Positions 55,302 to 64,000 of a stretch of DNA of 64,000 bases are shown piece by piece (positions within the stretch are counted from its first letter, which is position 1; each line of letters opens with the position of its first letter). The position numbers and the translations under genes were made by a program. The notes beneath the pieces are model-generated. The model ran no database searches and had not been told where the DNA came from. It worked only from the letters and a program-made list of their open reading frames with translations. The DNA is from Lentisphaerota bacterium (lineage in GTDB: Bacteria; Verrucomicrobiota; Kiritimatiellia; PWTM01), in assembly GCA_016873715.1 (NCBI GenBank), contig VGWF01000001.1, positions 64,394-128,393 of the forward strand, in the 5' to 3' direction.

Positions 55302-57020
55302 TCAGCCCTCGTCGTCCTTGTCCCCGGGCTTCTTCGCCGTCTTGTCCACGAACCCGCCGCGCTTGAGGAGTTCCTCCTCGTACGCGCGGACGAAGGCGCT
55401 CTCGCGCTCGCGGAGAATGAGGTCCGAGATCGACCGGCGCATGTCCGCCAGCTTGCCGCGGGACGCCGGCGTGCGCGCGGCGACGCGGACCACGAGGCGC
55501 GTGTCGTCGAACGTCCGGATCACCGGCGTGAATTCCCCGGCGTTGCACGTGGCCAGTTCGGGCAGCATCCGCTCCGCGTGGGGATTCTCCTTCGCCTCGC
55601 CCGTCGCCGTGAAGGCGGGAGGCGCGACGACGGCCAGCCCCGCCGCCTTCGCCGCATCGGCCAGCGTCGTTGTGCCCGCCTTGACGTCGGCGATCAGCTT
55701 GGCGGCCTTGGCGTCGAGCGCGGCCTCGACGGCGGCCTCGCGCGCGTCCGCCGCGACCGCGGCCTTCACCTCGGCGAGATCCGGGATGCGGGCCGGCGCC
55801 TTGGCGTCGAGCGCCAGCACGTAGTAGCCGCCCTCGCCGCGGACCGGATTGCTGAAGTACTCCTCCGGCGTGTCGACCAGGGCGAACGCCGCGCGGTTGA
55901 ACTCCGGCCCCGCCGCGATCCCCTTCACGCTCTCGTTGCGGGAGAGGGGGCCCGCCTTGCGGATCTCGACCGCCGCGGCTTTCGCGGCTTCCTCGAACGT
56001 CACCGGCTTCTCACGCCGCTCGGGGGCGATGCGGTTGACGAAGTCCACCGAGGCCTGCTCCGCCCGGTTCATGGCGGTCTCCGCGTGCAGGGCCGCCACG
56101 ATCTCCCCCTTCACCTCGTCGAGGGGCCGCAGCTTGGCCACCATCTCCGGGGCGGCGTTCGTCGCGCCCGCCGCCGCATTCGTCGCGGCCGGCGCGGGCA
56201 CCTGGATCGTGAACTTGGCGCGGTGGTCGTCGTAGTAGTCCTCGATGTCCTCCGCCGGGGGCGCCGCCAGCCCGTTGGTGAACGCGGAGCCGGCGAAGTG
56301 GACGACCTTCACCGTCACCTTCGGAGGGATCTCGTAGCGGGACGGGTCCTTGTCGAAGAACGCCTTCAGGTCGGCGTCGGGCACCGTGACCGCCGGCTCC
56401 ACGAGCGCCCGCTTGAGCTCGACGTACTCGACCGTGAACTCATCCTCGAGCACGCCGTAGATGCGCTCGACGTCCGCTGGCGGCGCCAGCACCGCCTGCG
56501 CGGCGAGCATCCGGACCCTCTGGAGAAGAAGCTCCTGCCGGACGTGTTCCTCGAAGAAGCGCTCGCCCAGCCCCGACTCGCCGAGCACGCGCGAGAGCAT
56601 CGCCCGGTAGGCTTCGAGACTGAACTTGCCCCCCTGCTGGAAGACGGGCTGGCTGCGGATCGCGTCCTGGACCTCCGCCGCGCCGCTCGAGAATCCCAGG
56701 CGCCCGGCCTCGCGCAGCGTCGCGATGCGGCGCCACGCGGCCTTCTTCAGGATCGACTCGGTCTCCTCGGTGATCGGGGGCATCCGGCCCGTCGAGAAAG
56801 CGACCGCGGCGCGCACGTGCGCCATCGCATCCCAGAGTTCCGCCCGCGAGATGCCCTTGCCGTTCAGCGTCCCCGCCATCCCGGCCTCGCGGTCCGCCTT
56901 GGAGGTGAACAGGAACGGCGTGCCCCACACGACGAAGGAAAGGACGATGAGCACCAGGAAGGCGCCCCAGAGGAGCCGCGACTGGATCAGCTTGTGAAAC
57001 TTCCCGATCAACATGGCCAT
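55302..57020 (-). CDS. ppiD: Periplasmic chaperone PpiD-like (SurA-N / PPIase family) with N-terminal TM anchor
   Basis: Start MAMLIGKFHKLIQSRLLWGAFLVLIVLSFVVWG (TM helix) followed by a SurA-N-like region. ~570 aa. Confidence 0.7.
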   Translation of the reverse strand: MAMLIGKFHKLIQSRLLWGAFLVLIVLSFVVWGTPFLFTSKADREAGMAGTLNGKGISRAELWDAMAHVRAAVAFSTGRMPPITEETESILKKAAWRRIATLREAGRLGFSSGAAEVQDAIRSQPVFQQGGKFSLEAYRAMLSRVLGESGLGERFFEEHVRQELLLQRVRMLAAQAVLAPPADVERIYGVLEDEFTVEYVELKRALVEPAVTVPDADLKAFFDKDPSRYEIPPKVTVKVVHFAGSAFTNGLAAPPAEDIEDYYDDHRAKFTIQVPAPAATNAAAGATNAAPEMVAKLRPLDEVKGEIVAALHAETAMNRAEQASVDFVNRIAPERREKPVTFEEAAKAAAVEIRKAGPLSRNESVKGIAAGPEFNRAAFALVDTPEEYFSNPVRGEGGYYVLALDAKAPARIPDLAEVKAAVAADAREAAVEAALDAKAAKLIADVKAGTTTLADAAKAAGLAVVAPPAFTATGEAKENPHAERMLPELATCNAGEFTPVIRTFDDTRLVVRVAARTPASRGKLADMRRSISDLILRERESAFVRAYEEELLKRGGFVDKTAKKPGDKDDEG

Positions 57021-57372
57021 ACGGTTCAACCCTTCCCACCCCGGCCGGCCGGGGCAAAACCCGTGCATGCTGTCGAATTGCGGGCGATGGGTCAAACTCA
57101 AATGAAGGGCGCAGCCCAGAGAGTCCGGGGGGCGGAATCCGGCGGGAATCGTCGTGAAGTCAGAGCCGGATCCGGGCCCGCCGCCGACCGGAAGGGCGGC
57201 GTTCCCGCCTCCGAAGGTCCGGGGTGCGTCCGGCACGGGGCCCCGACCGGGTTCGGATGTGCCGTGGTTTGCGGCCATTTGTCGATGCGGACGTCGCATC
57301 AGCCTTTCATGGAGCGTCTTGCGGTCCACGGTCCCCGTTTTTCGGCCAATCGGAGGCGCTTCTCTTCGTCGT

Positions 57373-57386
57373 CCACAATATGTTGG
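57373..57386. promoter_or_regulatory. AT-rich near-palindrome in the nrdD leader (NrdR-box-like candidate)
   Basis: ccacaatatgttgg lies ~120 bp upstream of the nrdD GTG. NrdR boxes are AT-rich 16-bp palindromes of the form acaCwAtATaTwGtgt. Confidence 0.25.
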
Positions 57387-57505
57387 GACTTCCGTTTGAC
57401 ACGGCCCCACGGATTGTCTTTTATTCCCCCGTCCATGGGATCTGAACGCGGGGCTAGCCGGGTTCAAACAGAAGGTGGCGGGTCCATTTGAGGAGGGCGG
57501 GAAAC

Positions 57506-60250
57506 GTGACCGGTCAGAACGATTCTTTCAACGGATTCAGGAAGAGGGATGGAACCGTCGTTCCGTTCCGCCGGGAGAAGATCGAGAAGGCGATCCGGCT
57601 GGCGGCGGAGGCGGTGGCCCGTCGCGAGGGGGCCGTGTTCGGCGAGGATCTCCCGGTGCGCATCGCGGAGCGCGTGCTGCGGCAGCTCGACGATGCGAGG
57701 GGCGAGTACTACGTCTTCGCGGACGAGCACGGGCAGCGCATTCCGGCCATCGAGGACGTGCAGGATCTCGTGGAGATCACGCTGGCCGAGCAGGGCTGCA
57801 CGTCGATGGTCGCGGCGTACAAGCGCTACCGCAAGCAGCGCGACCTGGCGCGGCGCCGGATCCGCGTGCGCGACGCGGTGACGTCCGGAACGCAGGACGT
57901 GACGGACGCCAGCCTCCTGCTGGTGTCGGCCTCCGGCGACAGCGTCGTGACGCCGTGGGACCGGCGCCGGATCGTGAACCAGCTCGTGAACCGCGCGGGG
58001 CTGTCGGTCGAGCGGGCGGTCGAGATCGCCAAGGTGGTGGAGAACCAGGTGATCGACGGCCGGATGACGGCGGTGACGACCGCGCTGATCCGCGACCTGG
58101 TCAACAACGAGCTGCTGGCGCGGCGGGAGCAGGCGCGGCTCCGCGATCTTTCCGTCTACGGCGTGCCCCGGGAGTACGTCGAGAGCCTGATGTTCACGAA
58201 GTCGGTCGAGAACTCGAACATCGTGAACAACAACCCCGAGGCCGTGAACCTCGGCATCGCGGAGCTGGTCCTCAAGCAGTGGGCCCTCGACACGATCTTC
58301 TCCGGCGAGGTGCGGCGCGCGCACGACACCGGGGCGATCCACCTGCACGATCTCGGCTATCCGCACCGCGTCTACTGCTCGTCGCACTCGGTCGAGTACG
58401 TGAAGAAGTTCGGGTTGCGCGGACTCGCGAACCTCAACAACGAGTCGAAGCCGGCGCGTTCGGCGTCGGTCCTGACCGGGCACATCAACACCTTTCTCGC
58501 GTCGATGCAGGCGAACTACGCCGGCGCGCTCGGGCTCGGCTACATCAACATCCTGTACGCCCCCTACCTGGTCGGCATGGACGCGAAGCACCTGCGGCAG
58601 GTCGCGCAGGAACTCGTCTTCAACGGCGCGCAGAACGCGTTCTCCCGCGGCGGCCAGACGCTGTTCCTGGACTTCAACGTGCATTCCGGCGTCCCGCGCT
58701 ACCTGGCCACGGTGCCCGCGGTCGGCCCGGGCGGCCACTACATGCTGCGCCGGGCCGACGGCTCGGTCGCGCCGCTCGAGGATTCGATGCGCGAGGAGGC
58801 GGGCGCCGCCCATCCGCTGATGGACCTCCACCTCGCCGAGGCCGACGGCTCGCGCAGGCTGGTCCTCCGGGAAACCGCCCGGGCCGACGGCTCCATCGGG
58901 TACGACGAGTCCGCCGGGGAGGACCTGAAGGCGCGCGGCGAGGCCATCCTGACCTACGGCGACTTCCGGCGCGAGGCGATGGCCTTCGCGAGGGCGCTGC
59001 TCGACGTCTGGGCCGCCGGCGACCGCAACGGCCGCGTGTTCGAGTTTCCGAAGTGCGACTTCCACGTCAGCGCCGAGACGTTCGAGGATCCCGATCAGTT
59101 CGCGATCTACCTCCACGCCTGCGAGCTCGCCGGGCGCAACGGGTCGACCTACTTCATCTTCGACCGCGACGAGGTGACGCTGGCCGCCTGCTGCCGGCTG
59201 CGGACGACCGTGACGGACACCCACATGCTGCGGCACCCGGAGTCGCTCCGGTTCTGCGGCTTCCAGAACGTCACGATCAACATCCCGCAGGCGGCGTACC
59301 GCGCCGCGCGCGCGGGGCGGAAGACGCTGGAGGGCCTCCTCGAGGAGGTCGACCGCACGATGGAGACGGCCGTCGAGGCCCACGTCCAGAAGCGGGAGCG
59401 CGTGCGCGAGATGATGAGCGGTCCGGGGCGGCCGCTGTGGCAGATCGGCCGGCCCGCCTGCGACGGCCGCCCTTACGTCGATCTCGACGGCTGCACCTAC
59501 ATCCTGGGCCTGATCGGCGTCAACGATGCGGTGCAGTTCCTCACCGGGCTCCAGTTCCATGAGAGCGACGAGGCCATCGATCTCGGCCTGCGGATCGTCG
59601 CCCACATGAACCTCAAGGCGCGGCGGCTCGCGAAGAAGCACGGCATGAAGCTGACGCTGGAGGAGTCGCCCGCCGAAAGCGCGGCCCGGCGCCTGGCGAA
59701 GAGCGACCTGATCTACTACCGGCCCGAGGCGCTGCAGGTCGTGAAGGGCGGCGAGGATGCCTGCTACTACACCAATTCCGTGCATCTCGCGCCGGACGCG
59801 CCGGTCTCGATGGTCGAGCGCATCCGGAAGCAGTCGCTCTTCCACCCGATGATCGAGTCGGGCGCGATCACCCACGCGTTCGTCGGCGAGGAGCGGCCGT
59901 CCCCGGGCGCGATCGCCCGGCTGATCCGCGAGGCGTTCTACCGGACCCAGTCCGCGCAGATCACGATCTCGCCCGAGTTCACCTACTGCAACGACTGCAG
60001 CCGGGTGATGCGCGGACTGCTGGATTCCTGCGACGAGTGCGGATCGACGAACATCGAGCAGGAGACCCGGGTGGTCGGCTACTTCAGCAAGATTCACAAC
60101 TGGAACAAGTCCAAGCGGCACGGGGAACTGCCCGCGCGTCATCGCGGCGACTACGCGGTCGAACGGGCGGAATGCGCGACGGCGCCGGATGCGGTCGGTC
60201 CGTCGTCCGAGCCCGCCGGGGTTTCCGCGGCGCCGCAGGGGGAGGGCTGA
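57506..60250 (+). CDS. nrdD: Anaerobic ribonucleoside-triphosphate reductase (class III)
   Basis: N-terminal ATP-cone (FRKRDGTVVPFRREKIEKAI). C-terminal Zn-ribbon CNDCSRVMRGLLDSCDECGS and glycyl-radical motif TRVVGYF. GTG start with RBS aggaggg. ~915 aa. Confidence 0.85.
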   Translation: MTGQNDSFNGFRKRDGTVVPFRREKIEKAIRLAAEAVARREGAVFGEDLPVRIAERVLRQLDDARGEYYVFADEHGQRIPAIEDVQDLVEITLAEQGCTSMVAAYKRYRKQRDLARRRIRVRDAVTSGTQDVTDASLLLVSASGDSVVTPWDRRRIVNQLVNRAGLSVERAVEIAKVVENQVIDGRMTAVTTALIRDLVNNELLARREQARLRDLSVYGVPREYVESLMFTKSVENSNIVNNNPEAVNLGIAELVLKQWALDTIFSGEVRRAHDTGAIHLHDLGYPHRVYCSSHSVEYVKKFGLRGLANLNNESKPARSASVLTGHINTFLASMQANYAGALGLGYINILYAPYLVGMDAKHLRQVAQELVFNGAQNAFSRGGQTLFLDFNVHSGVPRYLATVPAVGPGGHYMLRRADGSVAPLEDSMREEAGAAHPLMDLHLAEADGSRRLVLRETARADGSIGYDESAGEDLKARGEAILTYGDFRREAMAFARALLDVWAAGDRNGRVFEFPKCDFHVSAETFEDPDQFAIYLHACELAGRNGSTYFIFDRDEVTLAACCRLRTTVTDTHMLRHPESLRFCGFQNVTINIPQAAYRAARAGRKTLEGLLEEVDRTMETAVEAHVQKRERVREMMSGPGRPLWQIGRPACDGRPYVDLDGCTYILGLIGVNDAVQFLTGLQFHESDEAIDLGLRIVAHMNLKARRLAKKHGMKLTLEESPAESAARRLAKSDLIYYRPEALQVVKGGEDACYYTNSVHLAPDAPVSMVERIRKQSLFHPMIESGAITHAFVGEERPSPGAIARLIREAFYRTQSAQITISPEFTYCNDCSRVMRGLLDSCDECGSTNIEQETRVVGYFSKIHNWNKSKRHGELPARHRGDYAVERAECATAPDAVGPSSEPAGVSAAPQGEG

Positions 60251-60253
60251 GCG

Positions 60254-60661
60254 ATGGCCAGGCCGTACCAGGTGGTCGTCTTCGGGAAGGTCGGATGCGA
60301 CAAGTGCAAGATCCTGCAGAAGCGGGTGGACGACCTTCTCGCGAAACCCGAGTGGGCGGACTTCGAGAAGGCCTATTTCGACGTTGAGACGGTCGACGGG
60401 CTCGTGGAGTTCTGCAAGGCCGAGTGCCTCAATCCCCAGCGGCTGCCCGCCATGGTGGTGAGGCGCGTCGGCGACGCGGGGGCGGCGGCGATCCCCGTCG
60501 AGCCGACGGCCGTTCCGGATCCGGTCCTGGGGCAGGCGCGCCTGTACCACATCCTCGGGCTCCAGACGGACTACAGCGACGAGGGTCGCGGCGTCGTGTC
60601 GCCGCGCATGATCACCACCGTCCTCGAGACCGCGCGCGAGTCGGCCCCCGTGCTGCCGTGA
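60254..60661 (+). CDS. Glutaredoxin/NrdH-like redoxin
   Basis: VVVFGKVGCDKCK CxxC motif in a thioredoxin-fold-like context. Located between nrdD and nrdG. Confidence 0.55.
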   Translation: MARPYQVVVFGKVGCDKCKILQKRVDDLLAKPEWADFEKAYFDVETVDGLVEFCKAECLNPQRLPAMVVRRVGDAGAAAIPVEPTAVPDPVLGQARLYHILGLQTDYSDEGRGVVSPRMITTVLETARESAPVLP

Positions 60662-61512
60662 GCCCGGACCGGGCAGCGGGCGGGGCGGCCGTTGCGTTGC
60701 CGGATGACGTGGTTCTCGACGCCGCCCAGCCGTCCGCGGCCGGCCCCGCCGCCGATGCCGCATGGGCCGACGCGGTGTCCGGTGCGGGGGGGGCCTCCGC
60801 CCGCGTCGCCGCCGACACCTCGCCGGTCTCGGCATGGGTCAAGCACCCCTCGATGGTCGACTGGCCCGGACACCTGGCCGGCGTCCTGCTGGTCACGGGC
60901 TGCAACTTCCGCTGCCCCTTCTGCCACAACGCCCCGCTGCTCTCGGCGCCGCGCGGGGGTCTCGCGTGGGACATCCTGGAGTCCCTGCTGCGGCGGTTCC
61001 GGGAGCACTGGGTCGATGCCATCGTCGTCAGCGGCGGGGAACCGACCCTTCGGCCGGACCTGCCCCGTCTCGTCGGATTCCTGCGCGATCGCGGATTCCG
61101 CGTGAAGCTCGACACCAACGGATCGCGCCCCGAGGCGCTGGAGGCCGTGATCGATGGGGTCGACTACGTCGCCATGGACGTGAAGTGCGCGCTCGACCGC
61201 TACCCCGGCCTCGTGGGGTTCACGGCCCCCGGCCGCATCGCGAGGTCCATCGGCGTCATCCGCCGCCGCGCCGTCGACTACGAATTCCGGACCACCATCG
61301 TCGAGCCCCTGCACGACGACGCCCACGTGGACGAGATCGCCGCGCTGGTCCGGGGATCCCGCCGCTGGGTGCTGCAACGGTTCGAGCCCCGCGGCGAGTT
61401 GCTTCACCCCGACTGCCGGACCTGGCCGCGCACGTCGCCGTCGCGCCTGCGTTCCCTCCGCGCCCGGCTCGCCCCGGTCGCGCGGGAGGTCGTCGCCCGC
61501 GGATTGGACTGA
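60658..61512 (+). CDS. nrdG: Anaerobic ribonucleoside-triphosphate reductase activating protein (radical SAM)
   Basis: MVDWPGHLAGVLLVTGCNFRCPFCHN matches the NrdG consensus (IDYPG ... GCNxxCxYChN). In-frame GTG 60658 gives a ~60-aa N-terminal extension. The true start may be the ATG at the MVDWPGH position. Confidence 0.7.
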   Translation: MSPDRAAGGAAVALPDDVVLDAAQPSAAGPAADAAWADAVSGAGGASARVAADTSPVSAWVKHPSMVDWPGHLAGVLLVTGCNFRCPFCHNAPLLSAPRGGLAWDILESLLRRFREHWVDAIVVSGGEPTLRPDLPRLVGFLRDRGFRVKLDTNGSRPEALEAVIDGVDYVAMDVKCALDRYPGLVGFTAPGRIARSIGVIRRRAVDYEFRTTIVEPLHDDAHVDEIAALVRGSRRWVLQRFEPRGELLHPDCRTWPRTSPSRLRSLRARLAPVAREVVARGLD

Positions 61513-61681
61513 ATCCCCGCCGCCGTTCCCCCCGCCCGGTTCCGGCGGGAAGGGGCCGGCGTGAATGAACGAATGCGGCCGGCCGGGGTCGGAAGGAAGG
61601 ACGTACAACCGCGAGTGCCGCGTGGCGCATGGTTCCCGATCGCGGGGCCGCGACGCGGGGTTGTCGAAGGAGATCGTGCCG

Positions 61682-63079
61682 ATGAACGAATCCCGTCCGC
61701 CGCCTCTTCCGTGCGGTCCGCCGCCGCCTTCCTTCTTTGCCAAGGCCGCCCCGGTGGTCAAGCTCGGGGTGGTCGGCGTTCTGACGCTGGTGCTGATGAT
61801 CCCGCTGGCCATGATCCGGGGCGTGCTGTCGGAGCGGCGCGAGCGCAAGGCGGAGGCGATCGGCGAGATCACCCGCTCGTGGGGTGCCGAGCAGACGATC
61901 GTCGGGCCGGTCCTGGTGGTTCCCTACACCCATGACGTGGTCGAGTATGTCAACCAGACCGTCAACGGCCGCACCGAGCGCGTCGAAAGCCGGCGGGTCG
62001 AGACGGCCCGGCTGTACGTCCTGCCGTCCACGATGGACTGCGAGGGGAGCCTGGATCCCCGGACGCTGCACCGCGGCATCTACGAGGCCGTCGTCTACGC
62101 GGGCGCCCTGACGCTGTCGGGCGGGTTCCAGCGGCCGGATCTCAAGGCCCTGCGGATCCCGGAGGACCGCGTGAAGTGGGACGAGGCCGAGGTCACCCTG
62201 GCCGTGACGGACCTCCGGGGCACCCGCGAGTCGCTCGTTCTGGAAGCCGGGACGGAGCGGGTTCCGCTCCAGCCGGGCTGTCTCCTGCCGGGGTTCACCT
62301 CCGGCGTCCGCGCGCGGGTGGGCGACATCGCCGCGGGGGGCACGTCGTGGACCTACCGCGTCGCGCTCACCCTGAACGGGAGCCGGAGCCTGGAGATCGT
62401 CCCCTCGGGCGCATCGACGTCCGTCCGGCTCGCGTCCACCTGGCCGGATCCGTCGTTCATGGGCGCCTTCCTGCCGGTCGATCGCACCGTGGATGCGGGC
62501 GGATTCAAGGCCGAGTGGCGGGTGGCCCAGTACGGCCGCACGTTCCCGTCCGTGTGGAGTGACGCCCAGCCCGCCGGCCAGCCCGGCGCGGGCGACTTCT
62601 CCGGCTCCGCGCTGGGGGTGAGCCTCCTCTCGCTGGTCGACACCTACCGGACCGTCGAGCGGTCGATCAAGTACGGCATCCTCTTCGTCGCGCTCGTCTT
62701 CACCGCGTTCTTCCTCTTCGAGGTCCTGGCCGCCCTGCGGATCCACCCCCTCCAGTACGCCCTGGTCGGCGCTGCGCTCTGCCTGTTCTACCTCGGCCTT
62801 CTCTCGCTGTCGGAGTTCATCGCGTTTCCCGCGGCCTACGCCGCCGCCGCCGGCGCGTCGCTGCTGATGATCGCGACCTACTGCGCCCGGGTGCTCCGGA
62901 GCGGGCGGCGGACCGGCCTCGTCGCCGGCGTGCTCGCGCTGACCTACGGCTACCTCTACGTGTTGCTCCAGCTGCAGGACTTCTCGCTCCTGTTCGGCAC
63001 GGTGGGCCTCTTCGCCGCCCTCGGCGCGGTCATGTACGCCACGCGCAACGTCGACTGGTACGCCGCCGGACGCGGGTGA
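61682..63079 (+). CDS. creD: Cell envelope integrity inner-membrane protein CreD-like
   Basis: N-terminal TM, large periplasmic domain, then 4-5 C-terminal TM helices (IKYGILFVALVFTAFFLFEVL ... ), the CreD layout. RBS aaggagatcg upstream of ATG 61682. Confidence 0.65.
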   Translation: MNESRPPPLPCGPPPPSFFAKAAPVVKLGVVGVLTLVLMIPLAMIRGVLSERRERKAEAIGEITRSWGAEQTIVGPVLVVPYTHDVVEYVNQTVNGRTERVESRRVETARLYVLPSTMDCEGSLDPRTLHRGIYEAVVYAGALTLSGGFQRPDLKALRIPEDRVKWDEAEVTLAVTDLRGTRESLVLEAGTERVPLQPGCLLPGFTSGVRARVGDIAAGGTSWTYRVALTLNGSRSLEIVPSGASTSVRLASTWPDPSFMGAFLPVDRTVDAGGFKAEWRVAQYGRTFPSVWSDAQPAGQPGAGDFSGSALGVSLLSLVDTYRTVERSIKYGILFVALVFTAFFLFEVLAALRIHPLQYALVGAALCLFYLGLLSLSEFIAFPAAYAAAAGASLLMIATYCARVLRSGRRTGLVAGVLALTYGYLYVLLQLQDFSLLFGTVGLFAALGAVMYATRNVDWYAAGRG

Positions 63080-63176
63080 CGGCGGCCCGGGGACGGTCCC
63101 CCGCCCGCCGCGCGCCGCCCGGATCCCCGGCCAAGCCGGGTCGATCAGGAACGGACGGTGCCTCGAGGGCTCTCGG

Positions 63177-63265
63177 CACGGCCGCGACGGAGCGCGGCCC
63201 TCCATCCCCGTCCTCCCGCATCTCCATGGAACGGGCCCGGAGGGCCGCGCTCCGTCGCGGTCGTG
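63177..63265. terminator. Long hairpin (27-bp stem, 1 mismatch, 35-nt loop) downstream of creD
   Basis: cacggccgcgacggagcgcggccctcc ... ggagggccgcgctccgtcgcggtcgtg. Confidence 0.35.
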
Positions 63266-63327
63266 TCCGTGCGTGCGTCACCTGGGGGGTCGCCGGATAC
63301 CCGGACCCCAGCAGGGGATTGGGGCTA

Positions 63328-63501
63328 GGGCAGACGCATCTTGCTCCTGTCGAAACCGGGCCGTGTGCGCGGGATCCCGCGCGATCCGGCCGGCCTGGTG
63401 CGCGTCGCACCCCCGCAACCGCAAGGGCTCCAGCGTCCACCAGCCACTCCGCGCTCCGCCGACCGAAAGGCGCCACGACCTCAAGCAAGATGCGTCTGCC
63501 C
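63328..63501. mobile_element. MITE-like element, copy 3 (both TIRs, internal deletion variant, ~174 bp)
   Basis: gggcagacgcatcttg ... caagatgcgtctgccc. Shares the first ~50 bp and last ~90 bp with copy 1. Lacks the central ~55 bp that is present in copies 1 and 2. Confidence 0.6.
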
Positions 63502-63616
63502 TGGGATTGGGGCGTCGCTTGACGGCCGGACTCCCGTTCGTTCTAATACAGGTACGACGTTCCAACTGATGAACAATCCGCCGGGCGGGCGGCGGGGACG
63601 GAGGGGCGGGGGAGGC

Positions 63617-64000
63617 ATGGGCAGGACGCGAACGAACCGGAAGGCCGCGGGCGTGCCGATCCTGGAACGCACGCTGGGACTGATCGAGTTCCTGAGCCGG
63701 TGCCCGGAGGGGGTTCCGCTGAGCGGCATCGCCCGGACGCTCGCGATTCCGAAGAACACGACGTACCGGATGCTCAACACCCTTTGCGCCAAAGGCTATG
63801 TGTCGCGCAACGAGGCGGAACTGACCTACCGGCTCACGCGCAAGCTGGCGACGCTGGTGTACTCGAGCGCGCGCGACGGGGGGCTGATCGAGAAGGCGCT
63901 CGGTCCGATGCGCGCCCTGCGCGACCGTGTCGGGGAGACCGTGGTCCTCAGCATCCTCGACGGGGGCGAGGGCATCGTTCTCGACCAGGTTCCGGGCCTG
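63617..64000 (+). CDS. IclR-family transcriptional regulator (3'-truncated by the window edge)
   Basis: N-terminal HTH ILERTLGLIEFLSRCPEGVPLSGIARTLAIPKNTTYRMLNTL typical of IclR. The ORF runs off the end of the window. Confidence 0.7.
   Translation, partial: MGRTRTNRKAAGVPILERTLGLIEFLSRCPEGVPLSGIARTLAIPKNTTYRMLNTLCAKGYVSRNEAELTYRLTRKLATLVYSSARDGGLIEKALGPMRALRDRVGETVVLSILDGGEGIVLDQVPGL

Overview
This is a 64-kb window with very high GC content (roughly 70% by eye) from a diderm, LPS-producing bacterium that has anaerobic capability: it carries a class III ribonucleotide reductase (nrdD/nrdG).

Most genes are core or housekeeping: gpmI, lpxK, lpxI-gfo-lpxB, kdsA-lptC-lptA-lptB-hpf-hprK-ptsH-ptsI, metK, carA, argC, ftsK, pgsA, pepA, tpx and crcB.

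Accessory and unusual content:
- A four-gene translationally coupled cassette (SAM methyltransferase, radical SAM/SPASM enzyme, two tandem paralogous 6-TM membrane proteins) ending in a 14-bp-stem terminator. A 26-aa ORF consisting only of a signal peptide lies just upstream; it may be a precursor peptide.
- A 440-bp tandem array of four 110-bp units, each holding two perfect 23-bp hairpins. It is BIME/REP-like, not CRISPR, and lies upstream of a YacP/Rae1-like NYN nuclease gene that has an RGD/poly-Gly tail.
- Three copies of a MITE-like element with 15-bp terminal inverted repeats.
- A (CGAACAY)14 heptanucleotide microsatellite.
- A roughly 1600-aa secreted protein with a CotH domain and multiple lamin-tail domains.
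- A bacterial homolog of GDP-mannose 3,5-epimerase next to a GHMP-kinase-like gene.
- A SWIM-zinc-finger SNF2 helicase tightly linked to a 1080-aa secreted protein.
- Tandem Gfo/Idh/MocA oxidoreductase paralogs carrying Sec versus TAT signals.

No rRNA or tRNA genes were seen. Many long antisense ORFs are GC-driven artifacts. All domain calls rest on motifs recognised by eye in the supplied translations; no database search was run.
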